Below are positions 40,820 to 41,794 of a stretch of DNA of 41,794 bases, piece after piece. Position 1 is the stretch's first letter. Every line of letters begins with the position of its first letter. The DNA lies in contig DATHLI010000131.1 in NCBI GenBank assembly GCA_035488355.1, positions 1-41,794 of the forward strand. The letters are read 5' to 3'. The notes under the pieces were generated by a model. It had not been told where the DNA came from and ran no database searches. It saw nothing but the letters and a program-made list of their open reading frames with translations. The position numbers were made by a program, and so were the translations under genes. Origin of the DNA: a bacterium (GTDB lineage: Bacteria; Sysuimicrobiota; Sysuimicrobiia; Sysuimicrobiales; Segetimicrobiaceae).

Positions 40820-41794
40820 ATGCAGGCGATCCTGTCCCAGCGGCGCTTCCAGGTGCTCGGAACCGCCTGGCTGGCGTGGTTCGTGAACTACCTGGATCGA
40901 ACGAAGACCGCCGCCCTGCTGCCGCTCATCATCGTTTCTCTGGGGATGACGACGAAGCAGACGGGCCTCGTCCTCTTCTGGTTCTTCCTCGGCTACGCGT
41001 CCGTCCAACCGTTTGCCGGTTTCCTCACCGATCTCGTCGGCCCGAAACGAGCGCTGGCGCTCGCCGTCGGCGCGTTTTCTGTGTTCACCTGGACGATGGC
41101 GCTGGTGGGGAACTGGCAGGAACTGGCCCTCCGGAACCTGCTCTTCGGGATCGCCCAGGGCTTCGAGGTGACGGCCGGTGCCCGCCTCACGGCAACCTGG
41201 TTCCCGGTCGCGACCCGGGGCCGGGCGTTTGCCTTTCATCAGACGGCGTACACGATCGCGCCCATCCTGGTGCCGTTCGTCGCCGTCCCGATCGCCCAGG
41301 CGACGGGGTCCTGGCGGTGGTCGTTCATGGTGATCGCCTTTTTCGGGCTCCCGGTTCTGGCGGCCATCGACCACTTCATCGTGGACCGCCCGGAGCGGGA
41401 TCCCCGTGTGACCAAGGAAGAGCTGAGGGTCATCTTCGGTGCGGACGAACTGCGGAAGAAGCGCGGCGAGATCACCGATCCGGCCCGCGCGCATCGTGCG
41501 GAAGAGCTTCCCCCCGGCGAGCGCGTCACCCCGTACTCGGAGATCTTCCTCAATCGCAATGTCATGCTGATGTTCCTGGCGAGTTTCTTCAGCCTGCTGG
41601 CCTCCTGGGGCCTGACAACGTGGCTGCCAACGTATGGAGTCCAACAGCTCAAACTGCCGCTGCTCGTGGCCGGGACGCTGGCCTCCGTCGTCTATCTCGG
41701 CGCGCTCTGCGGGGTGGTGACCGGCGGCATCCTGTCGGACACGGTGTTTGGCACCAAGCGGACACCAATCTGGCTGCTGGGCGGCCTGGTCATG
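40820..41794 (+). CDS. MFS transporter; 3' end truncated by the window edge, so it is not in the supplied ORF track
   Basis: ATG 40820 follows GGAAGGGGGGG. The frame stays open for 325 codons to the window end: MQAILSQRRFQVLGTAWLAWFVNYLDR...GFLTDLVGPKRAL (MFS motif A)...WRWSFMVIAFFGLP. The listed antisense 40679..41644 ORF is Arg/Pro/Gly/Glu-rich shadow. Confidence 0.75.
   Translation, partial: MQAILSQRRFQVLGTAWLAWFVNYLDRTKTAALLPLIIVSLGMTTKQTGLVLFWFFLGYASVQPFAGFLTDLVGPKRALALAVGAFSVFTWTMALVGNWQELALRNLLFGIAQGFEVTAGARLTATWFPVATRGRAFAFHQTAYTIAPILVPFVAVPIAQATGSWRWSFMVIAFFGLPVLAAIDHFIVDRPERDPRVTKEELRVIFGADELRKKRGEITDPARAHRAEELPPGERVTPYSEIFLNRNVMLMFLASFFSLLASWGLTTWLPTYGVQQLKLPLLVAGTLASVVYLGALCGVVTGGILSDTVFGTKRTPIWLLGGLVM

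Noticed and set aside
1-41794. Scan for tRNA/rRNA genes, CRISPR arrays, transposases, integrases, phage genes and recognisable defence-system genes.
   Set aside because: None found by eye: no T-loop GGTTCGAATCC-like motifs in intergenic DNA, no regularly spaced repeats, and no DDE transposase, recombinase, nuclease or helicase motifs in any credible ORF.

Overview
High-GC bacterial chromosomal segment (by eye about two-thirds G+C; no rRNA, tRNA, CRISPR, transposase or integrase seen). It is dominated by an exosortase/PEP-CTERM-associated exopolysaccharide (EPS) locus.

Layout, left to right:
(1) An edge-truncated secreted-protein gene on the minus strand, preceded by what I read as a c-di-GMP-I (GEMM-I) riboswitch with an intrinsic terminator and a sigma70-like promoter.
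(2) A minus-strand exosortase - EpsI - TPR (PrsT-like) module.
(3) An AT-rich divergent control region and an orphan LuxR-type response regulator.
(4) A tightly coupled minus-strand EPS operon of 13 genes (about 18 kb, 5835-23927). In transcription order: Wza-like exporter, GumC/Wzz co-polymerase with a degenerate BY-kinase domain, Wzx-like flippase, P-loop kinase-like protein, O-antigen-ligase-like protein, DegT aminotransferase, GT4::phosphoglycosyl-transferase fusion, WbqC-like protein, Ugd, CapD/PglF-like dehydratase, PIG-L deacetylase, nucleotidyltransferase::P-loop kinase fusion, secreted Cys-rich protein.
(5) A block holding a UDP-GlcA-4-epimerase-like gene and a PIG-L - WecA-like - membrane protein operon, bracketed by two divergently oriented paralogous genes of unknown function (about 173 aa each).
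(6) A SPOR protein and two tandem paralogous PEP-CTERM cargo genes. The two cargo genes share a promoter motif, and all three genes are followed by hairpins with a shared GC-rich core.
(7) A membrane GGDEF cyclase.
(8) A minus-strand lipid module: DAG-kinase, MGDG-synthase-like GT, MFS, NodB deacetylase.
(9) A GGT homologue with an Arg-rich insertion, a tiny 2-TM protein, a signal-less class-A beta-lactamase-like hydrolase, and an edge-truncated MFS gene.

Two real-looking genes at the window edges are absent from the ORF track because they lack an in-window stop. Many long ORFs in the track are antisense or out-of-frame shadow ORFs typical of high-GC DNA.

All family calls come from motif recognition by eye. 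No searches were run.
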